A stretch of 64,000 bases of DNA from Longimicrobiales bacterium (lineage in GTDB: Bacteria > Gemmatimonadota > Gemmatimonadetes > Longimicrobiales > Gaopeijiaceae): assembly GCA_965238005.1 (NCBI GenBank), contig OZ250165.1:3808001-3872000 (forward strand). The letters are read 5' to 3'. How positions within the stretch are numbered: the stretch's first letter is position 1; every line of letters begins with the position of its first letter. Positions 39,760 through 49,283 of the stretch are shown in pieces. The notes beneath the pieces are model-generated. The model was not told the origin of the DNA. It searched no databases and saw nothing but the letters and a program-made list of their open reading frames with translations. A program made the position numbers and the translations under genes.

Positions 39760-40906
39760 CTAGTGTAGTGTCGCTAAAGTGTCTTGCATAATGTAGGACT
39801 GTGTGGTATCGTATGACATGCCACTACCCATTCGTGTTCTGCCACTGCGCAGCGGGGACCGCGCGCGCCTCGAATCGCTGGTCCGATCCCGCACGACCCC
39901 CCAACGAGTGGTCGAGCGCGCCCGCATTGTGCTCGGGTCCGCCGCGGGGGACTCGGGCTCGACCATTTGTGCTGACGTCGGCGTCTCGCGCCCGACCGTT
40001 ACCCTCTGGTTGGATCGGTATGAAGCCGGCGGGCTTGCGGCCCTCCGGGCCGATCGCCCGCGGTCGGGACGTCCGAAACGTATTACCCAGGCCGAGGAGG
40101 AAGCCATCGTGCGCCGCACGACACAAACGACGCCGCCCCAAGGCCGCGGCACCCATTGGAGTACGCGGCTGATGGCCGAGGTGACCGGCTTGCATCACTC
40201 CACGATTGCGCGCATCTGGAAGGCCCATGGGCTGCGCCCCCATCGGGTCCGGTCGTTCAAGTTGTCCACCGACCCCGCCTTCGTGGAAAAACTCCGGGAT
40301 GTCGTCGGGTTGTACCTGCAGCCGCCCGAGCGGGCGATCGTCTTCTCGTTTGATGACAAGAGCCAGATCCAGGCCCTGGATCGCACCCAGCCAGGCCTGC
40401 CGCTGAAGCGCGGGCGTGCCGGCACCTTCACCCACGATTACAAGCGCCATGGCACGACGACGCTGTTTGCGGCCCTCGATGTGGCCACCGGCCACGTCAT
40501 TCAGGCATGCATGCCGAAGCATCGCCATCAGGAGTTTCTCAAGTTCATGAACACGGTCGTGCGGATGACCGCGAAGGATCTGGACATCCACGTCATCCTC
40601 GATAACTACGCCACGCACAAACATCCCAAGGTGCAACAGTGGCTCCACCGTCATCGGCGAGTCCATTTCCATTTCACGCCCACCTCCGCGTCCTGGCTCA
40701 ATCTTGTCGGACGGCTCTTCAGCGAACTCACCGAGCGACAACTGCGGCGCCTCGCCGTCACCAGTGTCGACGAGTTGATCCAAGCCATCACCGACTACAT
40801 CGAGTGTCGCAACGAAAACCCCAAACCATTCACCTGGACAGCTACCGTCCGTCAGATTCTCAAGAAGGTCAACAAAGCCAATGAGACTTTGGCGACACTA
40901 CACTAG
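39760..40906. mobile_element. IS630-family insertion sequence
   Basis: Inverted ends ctagtgtagtgtcgctaaagt / actttggcgacactacactag (20/21) enclosing a transposase. Confidence 0.93.
39818..40906 (+). CDS. IS630-family transposase, probably inactive (third catalytic Glu is Gly)
   Basis: RSGRP, THWS.R, FKLS.DP, D.KSQIQAL, THDYKRHGT, LDNY.THK, WLNLVGR; stop codon lies in the terminal CTAG. Confidence 0.92.
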   Translation: MPLPIRVLPLRSGDRARLESLVRSRTTPQRVVERARIVLGSAAGDSGSTICADVGVSRPTVTLWLDRYEAGGLAALRADRPRSGRPKRITQAEEEAIVRRTTQTTPPQGRGTHWSTRLMAEVTGLHHSTIARIWKAHGLRPHRVRSFKLSTDPAFVEKLRDVVGLYLQPPERAIVFSFDDKSQIQALDRTQPGLPLKRGRAGTFTHDYKRHGTTTLFAALDVATGHVIQACMPKHRHQEFLKFMNTVVRMTAKDLDIHVILDNYATHKHPKVQQWLHRHRRVHFHFTPTSASWLNLVGRLFSELTERQLRRLAVTSVDELIQAITDYIECRNENPKPFTWTATVRQILKKVNKANETLATLH

Positions 40907-40966
40907 GCCGAGCCCACGCGGCCGATCAAGCGCGGCCTCCGACGGTGGCGGAAGCCGCGCACCACA

Positions 40967-41638
40967 TCACTCGAGAAATGTAGCGATCTTGTCGAGTGAC
41001 TTCTTGCCGATATGGGGCACCGTGGAGTCCGCCTCCGGATGGCCCACCACCAAGATCAAGAAGGCACGCTCGTTCTTGGGCCGGCCGAGAATCTCGTTCA
41101 GAAACCCCATGGGTGACGGGGTGTGCGTGAGGGAGACCAGTCCAGCCCAGTGCACGGCGGTGATCAACATCCCCGTGGCGATGCCCACCGACTCGGTCAC
41201 ATAGTAGTTCTTGACCTTCTCGCCGTCCTCCCCCACCTCGTGGCTCTCGGCGAAGATCACGATCAGGTAGGGTGCCCTCACCAGAAAGGGCTTCTCCGCG
41301 TCGGTCCCCAGATGCTCCAGCGCTTCCAGCCATTCGTCGGAGGCGCCGCCCGAATAGAACGCCCGCTCTTCCTCCTCGGCCGCCTCCCGGATCTTGCGCT
41401 TGATCTCCGGGTCGCCCACCACTACGAAGTGCCAGGGCTGGCGGTTAGCACCGTTGGGGGCCGTCCCCGCCGCCAATAGGCAGGCCTCGATCACCTCACG
41501 CGACACAGGCCGATCGGAGAAGTCACGGACGGTGCGGCGCTTGCGCAACTCGTTCCGGAAGGCCTCGGACCGGGCCTTCATCTCGTCTTCGGGAATCTGC
41601 ACGTAGTCCGGAAGGGGGATGAACCGAGGTTCGGTCAT
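40967..41638 (-). CDS. Nitroreductase superfamily, iodotyrosine deiodinase-like
   Basis: RRTVR.FS, GTAP.GAN.QPW, IR.AAE.EE..FY, W...L..LGT...KP.L, Y..ESV.IA.G, LT.TP. Confidence 0.82.
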   Translation of the reverse strand: MTEPRFIPLPDYVQIPEDEMKARSEAFRNELRKRRTVRDFSDRPVSREVIEACLLAAGTAPNGANRQPWHFVVVGDPEIKRKIREAAEEEERAFYSGGASDEWLEALEHLGTDAEKPFLVRAPYLIVIFAESHEVGEDGEKVKNYYVTESVGIATGMLITAVHWAGLVSLTHTPSPMGFLNEILGRPKNERAFLILVVGHPEADSTVPHIGKKSLDKIATFLE

Positions 41639-41642
41639 GGGT

Positions 41643-42197
41643 TCAGCTGCTCGTGAGTTGTTCGTGGACGAGGACCAGATCGCCGATGCGCTCCCAGGCG
41701 GCGAGCACTCGAGCCACCGGCACGCCCAACTGGTTCGAGAGAATGCGGATGTTGACCAGGGTCACCAGGGCCCCGTCTTCGAGAGGGAGGGTGGCCCAGG
41801 AAGCCCGCGGGGTAGCGGCGAAGCTCTGATACGTGTCTGCCAGCGGGCCGAGGCTCGTGCCCGGCGGGAAAGAGATGTGGAACACCCCGGCGCTCACCCC
41901 GTAGCGCTGGACGATCGAGGCCCACGGCGCTCCGGCACCCCGCTGCGTGGCAATCACGTCCGGAGACACGCCGGCCCGCCTCGCCAAGAAGAGGACCACC
42001 GCGATCTCCTCGGGCGGCAGCTGCCACTCTCCCAGGATCCGGACCTCTTCCAGGGAAACGGAGAAGGCGGCACCCACGGTCCGGTAGTACCCCTCCACGG
42101 CCTGGGCATCGGGTCCACGGCGCTGGGCCTTCAACAACGAAGGCAGGACGCACGTCACCACGAGCGCGCCCAACATGGCTTTCACGCCTGAACCCAT
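41643..42197 (-). CDS. Hypothetical secreted protein
   Basis: Signal-peptide-like N-terminus; stop 4 nt before the nitroreductase start. Confidence 0.7.
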   Translation of the reverse strand: MGSGVKAMLGALVVTCVLPSLLKAQRRGPDAQAVEGYYRTVGAAFSVSLEEVRILGEWQLPPEEIAVVLFLARRAGVSPDVIATQRGAGAPWASIVQRYGVSAGVFHISFPPGTSLGPLADTYQSFAATPRASWATLPLEDGALVTLVNIRILSNQLGVPVARVLAAWERIGDLVLVHEQLTSS

Positions 42198-42405
42198 GGC
42201 TCTCCTCCGGACCGGTGTGGGCCTCCACCCGGCGCGCTGCTCACCGCCGGATCTCCGCGACCCGCACACCTATATAACCTTCCGCCCGAATCGAGGATCC
42301 GTCATGCGCGACTGCACTGTGCGTGCCGCACTGCATCGAGGATCAGCCGCCGGCAGAGCTTGCCACCCTATTCCTGCCAAAACAGCAGGTTTCTTCGTCG
42401 TGCCG

Positions 42406-42420
42406 TGGCACGACTCTTGA
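42406..42420 (+). promoter_or_regulatory. Putative sigma-54 promoter of the STAS gene
   Basis: TGGCACGACTCTTGA, one mismatch to TGGCACG-N4-TTGC (at the conserved C); about 58 nt before the ATG. Confidence 0.45.
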
Positions 42421-42477
42421 GGGAAACAAAGGTGGGATGGACGCCCACACGGCGCCGCCCACCGAAACGAGGAGGTC

Positions 42478-42792
42478 ATGATGAATGGGCACGACAGCAA
42501 CAGGTGGGGTCGGAAGCTTCCGGCTAATATGCCGGTTGTTGCCACCGCGCCTACGGAGACAGCACCGCTCGAAGCGCACCCGGAACTCGATCTCGTGATC
42601 GACTTCGCAGGGACGCAAGTCTTTGACCTGGCTGGACTTGCGATGCTCCTGACGGCACAACAGATCGCCGACTCGGAGGACCGCCAGGTCTGGCTGATGG
42701 ACCTTCCCGAAGGGGCGTGGAGCCTCCTGAAGGCCCTGGGTCTCGATGACCTGTTCGTATGCGTCCCCCTACTCGGAGACCAGCCGAACTGA
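42478..42792 (+). CDS. STAS-domain (anti-anti-sigma-like) protein
   Basis: RBS GAGGAGG; LVIDFAG...FD.AGL..L, LL..LGLD.LF. Confidence 0.75.
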   Translation: MMNGHDSNRWGRKLPANMPVVATAPTETAPLEAHPELDLVIDFAGTQVFDLAGLAMLLTAQQIADSEDRQVWLMDLPEGAWSLLKALGLDDLFVCVPLLGDQPN

Positions 42793-42807
42793 GGGCGACG
42801 TTGGGGG

Positions 42808-42848
42808 AAAAAGCCCTTCGCCGAGCACCGGCGAAGGGCTTTTTTTTT
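42808..42848. terminator. Bidirectional intrinsic terminator
   Basis: aaaaagcccttcgccg / cggcgaagggc plus T-run between convergent genes. Confidence 0.9.
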
Positions 42849-42880
42849 CGCATTTCTGACCTATTTGCCCCCAAAATAGG

Positions 42881-43700
42881 TCAGATTTCTGAGTGTATCT
42901 GCTTCCTCGCCGCTCTTGCCGACGCCAGAATGCGCTCGACTTTCCGCCGCGCCGACTCCGGCGGAGTCACTCCCTCGGATGCGGCCTCTCGGAAGATCAC
43001 GTCCAGAGTTCGCCCGGTCCCTCCGACCCGTGCCTGAAGCTCGGCCGTGTCGGTGATCCCCTGGGAGATCAGTCCGAAGGCCATGGCCCCTCCCGCATTG
43101 ATGATGTAGTCCGGTGCGTAGAGGATCCCGCGATGGAGGAGACGCTGTGCGTCGTCGTCGGTCTCCAGCTGGTTGTTAGCCGAGCCGGCCACGATTCCGC
43201 AGGCGAGCTGGGCGATGGTCCGGGCGTTGAGCGTGGCGCCCACCGCACACGGGGCGTAGACGTCACACTCGATGTCATAGGCGTGGTCCGCCTCGATCCC
43301 TCTCCGCCGACCTCGGCGGCCACCGACGCCCCCCGCTCCCCGTCCAGGTCGGATACGAACACGCGGCCCCCCGCATCGCGAACCATGCGGGCCAACGGGT
43401 AACCCACGTCCCCGACACCCTGGACGTGCACGGACCGGTTGGTGAGGTCGTCACTGTCGTCTCGATGGCGGAGGGCCGCTCGAATTCCGGCAAAGACGCC
43501 CAGGGCGGTGAACGGGCCTGGGTCCGTGTGCCGTCCCCCTTCCCCCGGCATCACCCCCACGACGTTGTCGCTCACGCGGGCGATCACCTGCATGTCGTCC
43601 GGGGTGGTGCCCATGTCCGGCCCCATTCCGTACGAATCATGAAGCGTATTGAGCAGCGCAGCGAATCGCTGGAGCAGTCCCTGCCTGGACCTCGGGGGTG
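42881..43700 (-). pseudogene. Leucine (Glu/Leu/Phe/Val) dehydrogenase, 5'-truncated and frameshifted
   Basis: PDMGT...DM, DP.P.TA.GV, VQGVG.VG in one frame; APCA.G, AGSANNQL, GILYAPDY.INAGG in another (shift near 43290). Confidence 0.85.
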
Positions 43701-43718
43701 GACGGCATCGTCATCCCC

Positions 43719-45269
43719 TCACTCACCGTCAGAGACAATCTGCCGGAAGCTGGCCGGATTCCACTGCGGGCGCTCCGTCCGGTTGGCCACCTCGTAGCCG
43801 AGGAAGAACATGAGCTTCGTGATCCTCGACGCCTTGTCCGTGTCGATGCGATCCACCTCGTCGTCCCGTCCGTGGTAGTCCTCGTGGGTGCCGTTGAAGA
43901 AGAACAGGATCGGCACGCCCTTCTGGGCGAAGCTGAAGTGGTCCGACCGGAAGTAGAACCGCTGGTCGGGCCAGAGGTCGTCGATTGCGGTCATGTCCAG
44001 TTCGGGGTGGGCTTCGTTGACCTGGTTCAGCGTCACCCCGAGGTCGGAGTGCTCCTTCCCGATGACGACGATGGTGTCGGACCAGTTCCGCCCCACCATG
44101 TCGGCGTTGAAGTCGGCTACGATCCGCTCCATGGGCACCGACGGGTTGTTGGCGTAGTACTCGCTGCCCCACAAATCCTTCTCCTCGCCGCTGACCAGGA
44201 GGAAGATCATGGAGCGCTTGGGCTCGGTCGCCATCTCGACGTAGGCCTCGGCCAGCTCGAGGACCGCCGTGGTCCCCGACGCATCGTCGTCTGCGCCGTT
44301 GTTGATGCTGTCCCCCTGGGAGTTGGGCGACCCGATCCCGATGTGGTCCATGTGGGCGCTGAAGACCACGTACTCCTCCTTGAGCTCCGGATCGCTCCCC
44401 TCGAGGATGCCCACCACGTTGGGAGCCGAGCCGCCCTCGAGGACCTCGATCCGGGGAGACACCGTCAGGGTGAGGCCCGGTGCCTCCAGCACGGTCACGG
44501 ACCGCCGATCCCGAGCCGACATGAGGTCGACGCCGTACGCCGCGAGGATGGGCTCGATGACCGCGTCGCGCACCTCGAGGGTCAACCCTCCCGAGCGGCC
44601 GCCGCTGAAGCCCACGCGGACGGAGGTCTGACGCGAAAGCCTCCGGACCCCCTGGTTCCAGGCCCGGCGGGACCGGTCGGTGGCGACGAGCACGGAAATG
44701 GCGCCTTCCCGCCGGACGTTCGACACGAAGCGGAAGCTGCTCCGGTCGAGTCCCGCCGGGCTCGACGCCACGACGACGTGTTTTCCGCTCACGGCGGCCC
44801 CGATCTCCGGCGTCACCCTGCCCAAGCCCCCGAGGACCACCACCTCGCCCTCGAAGTCTCCCTCGGCCGCACCAGAGGGCATGATGAGGTCGCGGCCGAA
44901 TCTGAGCTCCCGGCCCCCGCTCGCCTCGGCGGACGAAGCCACCAGATCGGCCCGGATCGTCTGAATGGCGTAGCGCTGGATGTAGGAGCCGTCATCGCCC
45001 CCCGGACTCAACCCCAGACGCTCGAACTCTCTGGCGATCCACGCGGCCGTCATCTCCAGTCCGGGGCTCGGCGTGTCCCGGCCGCCCATGCTGTCGTGGG
45101 CGATGACTCCGATCTTCCGGAGGTAGTCGGCAGGGGTGATGGACGCGGCGGCACGGAGCGCGTCATCGGTAAGGGGAGCGATGTTGGACTCCTCTGCGTC
45201 CTGGGCGCACGCCGAGCCGGCCCACACGACGATCCCGACGAACAACGCGATTCCCGACTTCATGCTCAT
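43719..45269 (-). CDS. M28 family metallopeptidase, secreted
   Basis: Signal peptide; NVVG.LEG.D, SAHMDH, GADDDASG, GEEK, N.DMVGR, RSDH, DYH. Confidence 0.92.
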   Translation of the reverse strand: MSMKSGIALFVGIVVWAGSACAQDAEESNIAPLTDDALRAAASITPADYLRKIGVIAHDSMGGRDTPSPGLEMTAAWIAREFERLGLSPGGDDGSYIQRYAIQTIRADLVASSAEASGGRELRFGRDLIMPSGAAEGDFEGEVVVLGGLGRVTPEIGAAVSGKHVVVASSPAGLDRSSFRFVSNVRREGAISVLVATDRSRRAWNQGVRRLSRQTSVRVGFSGGRSGGLTLEVRDAVIEPILAAYGVDLMSARDRRSVTVLEAPGLTLTVSPRIEVLEGGSAPNVVGILEGSDPELKEEYVVFSAHMDHIGIGSPNSQGDSINNGADDDASGTTAVLELAEAYVEMATEPKRSMIFLLVSGEEKDLWGSEYYANNPSVPMERIVADFNADMVGRNWSDTIVVIGKEHSDLGVTLNQVNEAHPELDMTAIDDLWPDQRFYFRSDHFSFAQKGVPILFFFNGTHEDYHGRDDEVDRIDTDKASRITKLMFFLGYEVANRTERPQWNPASFRQIVSDGE

Positions 45270-45305
45270 CTATCCCGTCAGCAGTTCAAAAGGAGCTCGA
45301 AATAG

Positions 45306-45412
45306 TTCATCGGCGTGCCCGCGGCCCTCCTGCTGGTGGCACTAATGGCCATTACGTCCCGGTATTCCGCGCCACGCGCCTGGATCCTATGAGGGCCACG
45401 CGGAACAAGTAG
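45306..45412 (+). pseudogene. Degraded C-terminal remnant of an ADOP-type ABC permease
   Basis: FIGVPAALLLVALMA / YVP..RATRLDPM.A.R with a frameshift. Confidence 0.55.
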
Positions 45413-45420
45413 GGGCCCGA

Positions 45421-46689
45421 TCAGCGCCCGGCCACGGCCGCGTCCAGCAGCTCGGAGAGCTCGGCCTCGCTGAGAGGTCCGCGGAGTATTGCGACCCCAC
45501 CCTGGACGGCGCGAACGACCTGACTCCACCCTTCCGGGATGGACTCCCCGAGGAGGCCCTGGGCCTCTTCGAGGGCGTCACGCTCGGCCGCCTCACGGTC
45601 CGACGGGACTCCCTTCGAGGCCTTTCGCGCCAACGCTGCGCCGTCCACCGCGCCTCCCTGTGCCACTGCCACGAAACGAAGCTCCAGCGTACGCCCGTCC
45701 GGGAGCTCCTGCATGACGATCACCGAGGGCTCGAGCCCTTCCGTGACGGCCGAGAGCCGAACGTCACGGACCGGAAGCCCGGGGATGACGAAGGAGCTCG
45801 TCCGCGCAGTGACCGACATCTCATCGAGCGCCACCGCGTTGGCCTGGTCGGCGAACAGGTCGGCGGGATCGGCCTTGGAGAGCGCTTCAGCGGGGGCGGT
45901 GGGAGCCACCTCTCTCACCACTGCGCCGGCAGCCCGGTTCTCGGCGGCCCCCGCCACACCGGTGGTTTCGATGGCCTCGAGCCTTCTCCGTGCCTGCGCC
46001 GGTCCGGCCTGGCGCTCCGGCTCACGCTGCTGATCCAGCCGCAGCTCGCCACCGAGGGCCCGTCCCCTCCCGGGCTGAGCCGCTTCGGCGGGTGCCATCG
46101 GTGCCGCGGCCGGGGCATCGAAGTCCCTGGACTCCACGGGTGCCTCGGGCTGAATCGCGAAGTTGCTGCTGGCGTCCTGCTTATCCACGGACTCGTCTTC
46201 CGCCGTCTCGTTCAGTCTGATCAAAGAGGCCGTCACGTCGAGCTCATCCGCCTCCTGGGCGACATCCTCGTCGGTGCGTGACGCGACGGCGTCCTGTGCC
46301 CGCACGGCATCGAGGGTGGGCCCCCTCGCCAGGTCTCGAGCCGGAATCGTGAGATCGCGGGCCAGCCATCCGGCGCCGAGGGACACGACCACGGTGGCCG
46401 CCATACGGAGCAGGCGGAACCTGGACGCTCCGCCGGCAGGACGGGACGGCTCAGCCTCCCCCGCCCGGGCCACAAGCTCCTCGAAGGGAGCCAGGTCCAC
46501 AGGAGCTTGCGCCGTCGCGGCCAGAATCTCCGATGCCTCCTGGCGGAGGTGCCGCTCTTCGGCCAGCGATCGGGCGCACTCCCCGCACTCTTCCAGGTGC
46601 CGTCGAATGCGATTGGCCTCCTCCTCGGGGTAGGCGCTCAGGGCACCGTCGAGGTAGGCGTGGATGTCTCCCTCATTTACGTGCGGCAT
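45421..46689 (-). CDS. Anti-sigma factor (zf-HC2), TM helix, Ala-rich extracytoplasmic region
   Basis: H...G.IHAYLDG.L, HLEECGEC; overlaps the sigma stop. Confidence 0.85.
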   Translation of the reverse strand: MPHVNEGDIHAYLDGALSAYPEEEANRIRRHLEECGECARSLAEERHLRQEASEILAATAQAPVDLAPFEELVARAGEAEPSRPAGGASRFRLLRMAATVVVSLGAGWLARDLTIPARDLARGPTLDAVRAQDAVASRTDEDVAQEADELDVTASLIRLNETAEDESVDKQDASSNFAIQPEAPVESRDFDAPAAAPMAPAEAAQPGRGRALGGELRLDQQREPERQAGPAQARRRLEAIETTGVAGAAENRAAGAVVREVAPTAPAEALSKADPADLFADQANAVALDEMSVTARTSSFVIPGLPVRDVRLSAVTEGLEPSVIVMQELPDGRTLELRFVAVAQGGAVDGAALARKASKGVPSDREAAERDALEEAQGLLGESIPEGWSQVVRAVQGGVAILRGPLSEAELSELLDAAVAGR

Positions 46690-47179
46690 CAGATTGCTCC
46701 AGCTCTCGATGCGCCTTCACGAGGCGCTGGCGCGCACGGGCGAGCGTGGTTCCCACCGCGCCCACCGCCAGGTCCAGCGCCTCTGCGATCTCTTCATAGT
46801 TCTGCCCGGCATCCCAAAGGAGAAGAGCCTCCCGGTCTCGCTCGCCCAGCGACTCCAGGGCCCTCCGCACCTCCGCCTCCCGCTCCCCCCGCTCCAGCTC
46901 GGCCTGCGGATCGGGGGCCGGTCCCCGTGCCTCCGCCTCGGACTTGAGCAGAGTCAGGTGCCGCTTGCGACGGATGGCCGAGCGCGCCTCGTCTCGCGCC
47001 AGATTGGCCGCCACCGTGAACAGCCAGGCCCGGGGCTTGTCCGGTTGCTCCCGTAGAGCCCGGACGAACGTCTCCTGTGCCAGATCCCTGGCCCGCTCCA
47101 GATCCCACACCTTGCGGTGCAGGAAGCGAACCAGATCCGGCAGCGTCGTCCGGTAGAGCTCTGCCCAATCAGCGCCCAC
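46673..47179 (-). CDS. ECF RNA polymerase sigma-70 factor
   Basis: DLAQETF, AWLF.VA.N, L..RDREALLL...G..YEEIA......G.V...L.RAR. Confidence 0.92.
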   Translation of the reverse strand: MGADWAELYRTTLPDLVRFLHRKVWDLERARDLAQETFVRALREQPDKPRAWLFTVAANLARDEARSAIRRKRHLTLLKSEAEARGPAPDPQAELERGEREAEVRRALESLGERDREALLLWDAGQNYEEIAEALDLAVGAVGTTLARARQRLVKAHRELEQSDAARK

Positions 47180-47343
47180 GGCATCCTCGTTCGATCACGA
47201 GCGGAGACGAAATCCCCTGGTCGGGGCTCCGAGGCTTTGCTCAGGTACCCCACGGACGGCCCCGGGGAGCCGTCCTACGTACCTGATGACGAACGAGGCG
47301 GGAAGACTTGCACACGTGGGGCGTGTAAAAGTCCGGCCGGACC

Positions 47344-48953
47344 CTAGGAGTCTGCGCCGCAGAACCCTGCGGCGGCTATCTTTGGTGGTAGCGAAGGCAT
47401 TGGGAAGGCTTGCGGATCACCGAGGGGGGTGAATGGGAACGACATTTCGACCGTACGATCCGGAGCAGATGTTGTTGCTGCCTCCGGATCTTCGGGAGTG
47501 GGTGTCGGAGGGTCATTTGGCGCACCATGTGAGCGACCTGGTGGACGCGGTGGAGCTGAGCGCGTTCTACGGGCGGTACCGGGGGGACGGGCGGCGCAAC
47601 TCGCCGTACGACCCTCGGATGATGGTCAAGGTGCTGATCTACGCGTATGCGACGGGCACCTTCTCGTCGCGGAAGATGGCGAGGAAGCTGGAGGAGGATG
47701 TCGCGTTTCGGATGCTGGCGGCGGAGAACTTCCCGAAGCACCGGACGCTGTGCGAGTTCCGCAAGCGCCATCTCGGGGATTTCCGGGCGGTGTTTGTGGA
47801 GGTGGTGATGCTCGCGCGGGCCTTGGGGCTGGCGGGGCTTGGCAGGGTGTCGGTGGACGGGACGAAGGTTCGGGCGAACGCGAACAAGCGCAAGGCGATG
47901 AGCTACGGCCGGATGGTGACCGGGGAGCCTCGGCTGGAGGCGGAGATCCGGGGGCTGTTGGAGAGGGCCGAGGCGGTGGACGAAGCGGAAGACGAGCGCT
48001 ACGGCGAGGAAGCATGCGGAGACGAGGTGCCGGAGGAGCTCAAGCGGCGCGAGGACCGGCTGGCGGCGATCCGGGAGGCGAAGGCGCGCCTGGAAGCCGA
48101 GCAGAGAGCGGCGGACGACGCACGGGGCCGCAAGCCGGGGCAGACGCGCAACCCGAAGGGCGGCAGGCCCTACAAGCGGGAGTACGGAGAGCCGGACGAG
48201 GCGGCGCAGAGCAACTTCACGGACCCTGAGAGCCGGATCATGAAGACGAGTTCGGAGGGGTTCCAGCAGTGCTACAACGCACAGACGGTCGTGGAGGGGG
48301 AGAACCAGCTGGTGGTCGGGGCCGAGGTGACGGACAACGCGAGCGACCAGGGCCAGCTGGTGCCCATGGTCGACGCGGTGGCGCAAGCGTACGGCGAGAC
48401 GCCGGCGCAGGTGCTGGCGGACACGGGCTATTGCAACGAGCGGGATCTCGAGGAACTGGAAGAGCGAGACATCGACGGGTATGTGGCGCTGGCCCGGGAG
48501 GGCAAGGCCGCCCCCACGGTTGACAAGGAGGAATATCCGGCGAAAGTCCGCATGGCGGAGAAGCTGGCGAGCGAAGATGGCCGCAGACGCTACGCACGGC
48601 GAAAGTCGCAGGCCGAGGCGCCCATCGGCTGGATCAAGGAAGTGATGGGCTTTCGACGATTCAGCTTCCGGGGCCTCGAGAAGGTCCGGGCCGAGTGGAC
48701 CCTCGTGTGCCTGGCACTCAATGTGAAGCGGCTGCACACCCTTCAGGCGGCATGACTGCACGAGGGTTCACCCGCATCTGCCGGCGCGAGGGCTCTCGTA
48801 GCTCTCTTGCCCCCCCCAACGCATCCATTCCGCTCTCCCGATCCGTCGCAGACACAAGTCCTCAACCTCCCAATCACCCGGATCCGCCTCGCCGCGGACG
48901 GCTCGATGACCATTCGGCTCAGTCAGCTGTGCTTCTGCGGCGCAGACTCCTAG
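47344..48953. mobile_element. IS1182-family insertion sequence
   Basis: Perfect inverted ends ctaggagtctgcgccgcagaa / ttctgcggcgcagactcctag; CTAG probably the target duplication. Confidence 0.93.
47433..48755 (+). CDS. IS1182-family transposase
   Basis: LLPP.L.EW....H, YDP.MM.K...YAY, SSR, DGTK..ANA, TDP.SR.M, YN.Q, AD.GY, R....E...G.IK, F..RGL. Confidence 0.93.
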   Translation: MGTTFRPYDPEQMLLLPPDLREWVSEGHLAHHVSDLVDAVELSAFYGRYRGDGRRNSPYDPRMMVKVLIYAYATGTFSSRKMARKLEEDVAFRMLAAENFPKHRTLCEFRKRHLGDFRAVFVEVVMLARALGLAGLGRVSVDGTKVRANANKRKAMSYGRMVTGEPRLEAEIRGLLERAEAVDEAEDERYGEEACGDEVPEELKRREDRLAAIREAKARLEAEQRAADDARGRKPGQTRNPKGGRPYKREYGEPDEAAQSNFTDPESRIMKTSSEGFQQCYNAQTVVEGENQLVVGAEVTDNASDQGQLVPMVDAVAQAYGETPAQVLADTGYCNERDLEELEERDIDGYVALAREGKAAPTVDKEEYPAKVRMAEKLASEDGRRRYARRKSQAEAPIGWIKEVMGFRRFSFRGLEKVRAEWTLVCLALNVKRLHTLQAA

Positions 48954-49084
48954 TCCGCCCTCAAGGCGCTCACGGGATCGATGCGGGTGGCCCGGCGGGC
49001 GGGGACGTAGCTCGCCAGGAGGGCGACCACGACCAGGAGACCCGAGACCGTCCCCAGCGTCACCGGATCGCCCTCGCTGACGCC
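48950..49084 (-). pseudogene. C-terminal 44 codons of an ADOP-type ABC permease
   Basis: GVSEGDPVTL...LLASYVPARRATRIDPVSALRAD*; its TAG is part of the IS1182 CTAG. Confidence 0.8.
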
Positions 49085-49090
49085 GCCGGC

Positions 49091-49282
49091 GTCGCCCTTT
49101 CAGGCGTAAGGCGAGACCTCCCAGGGTAAGGCGCGTGACCTTCGCTCCATCTACTCGCCGCATTTACGTCCGCTCGGTCCGGGTGGCTATCGGGCTTCAG
49201 GTCTCATTGCCCCCTCGCCCACCTCGCGGCCACCTCCGATGCGGTTCGTGTTCCTCGGGCCAGAGCTTTGCCTTCGGCTTCT
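49091..49282 (-). mobile_element. Group II intron (class IIC-like) domain I fragment, no RT ORF
   Basis: GAAGCCGAAGGCAAA...CCGAGGAACACGAAC...GTAAATG...AGATGGAGCGAAGG...CTTACCCTGGGAGGTCT matches recalled IIC domain I motifs in order. Confidence 0.8.
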
Positions 49283-49283
49283 A

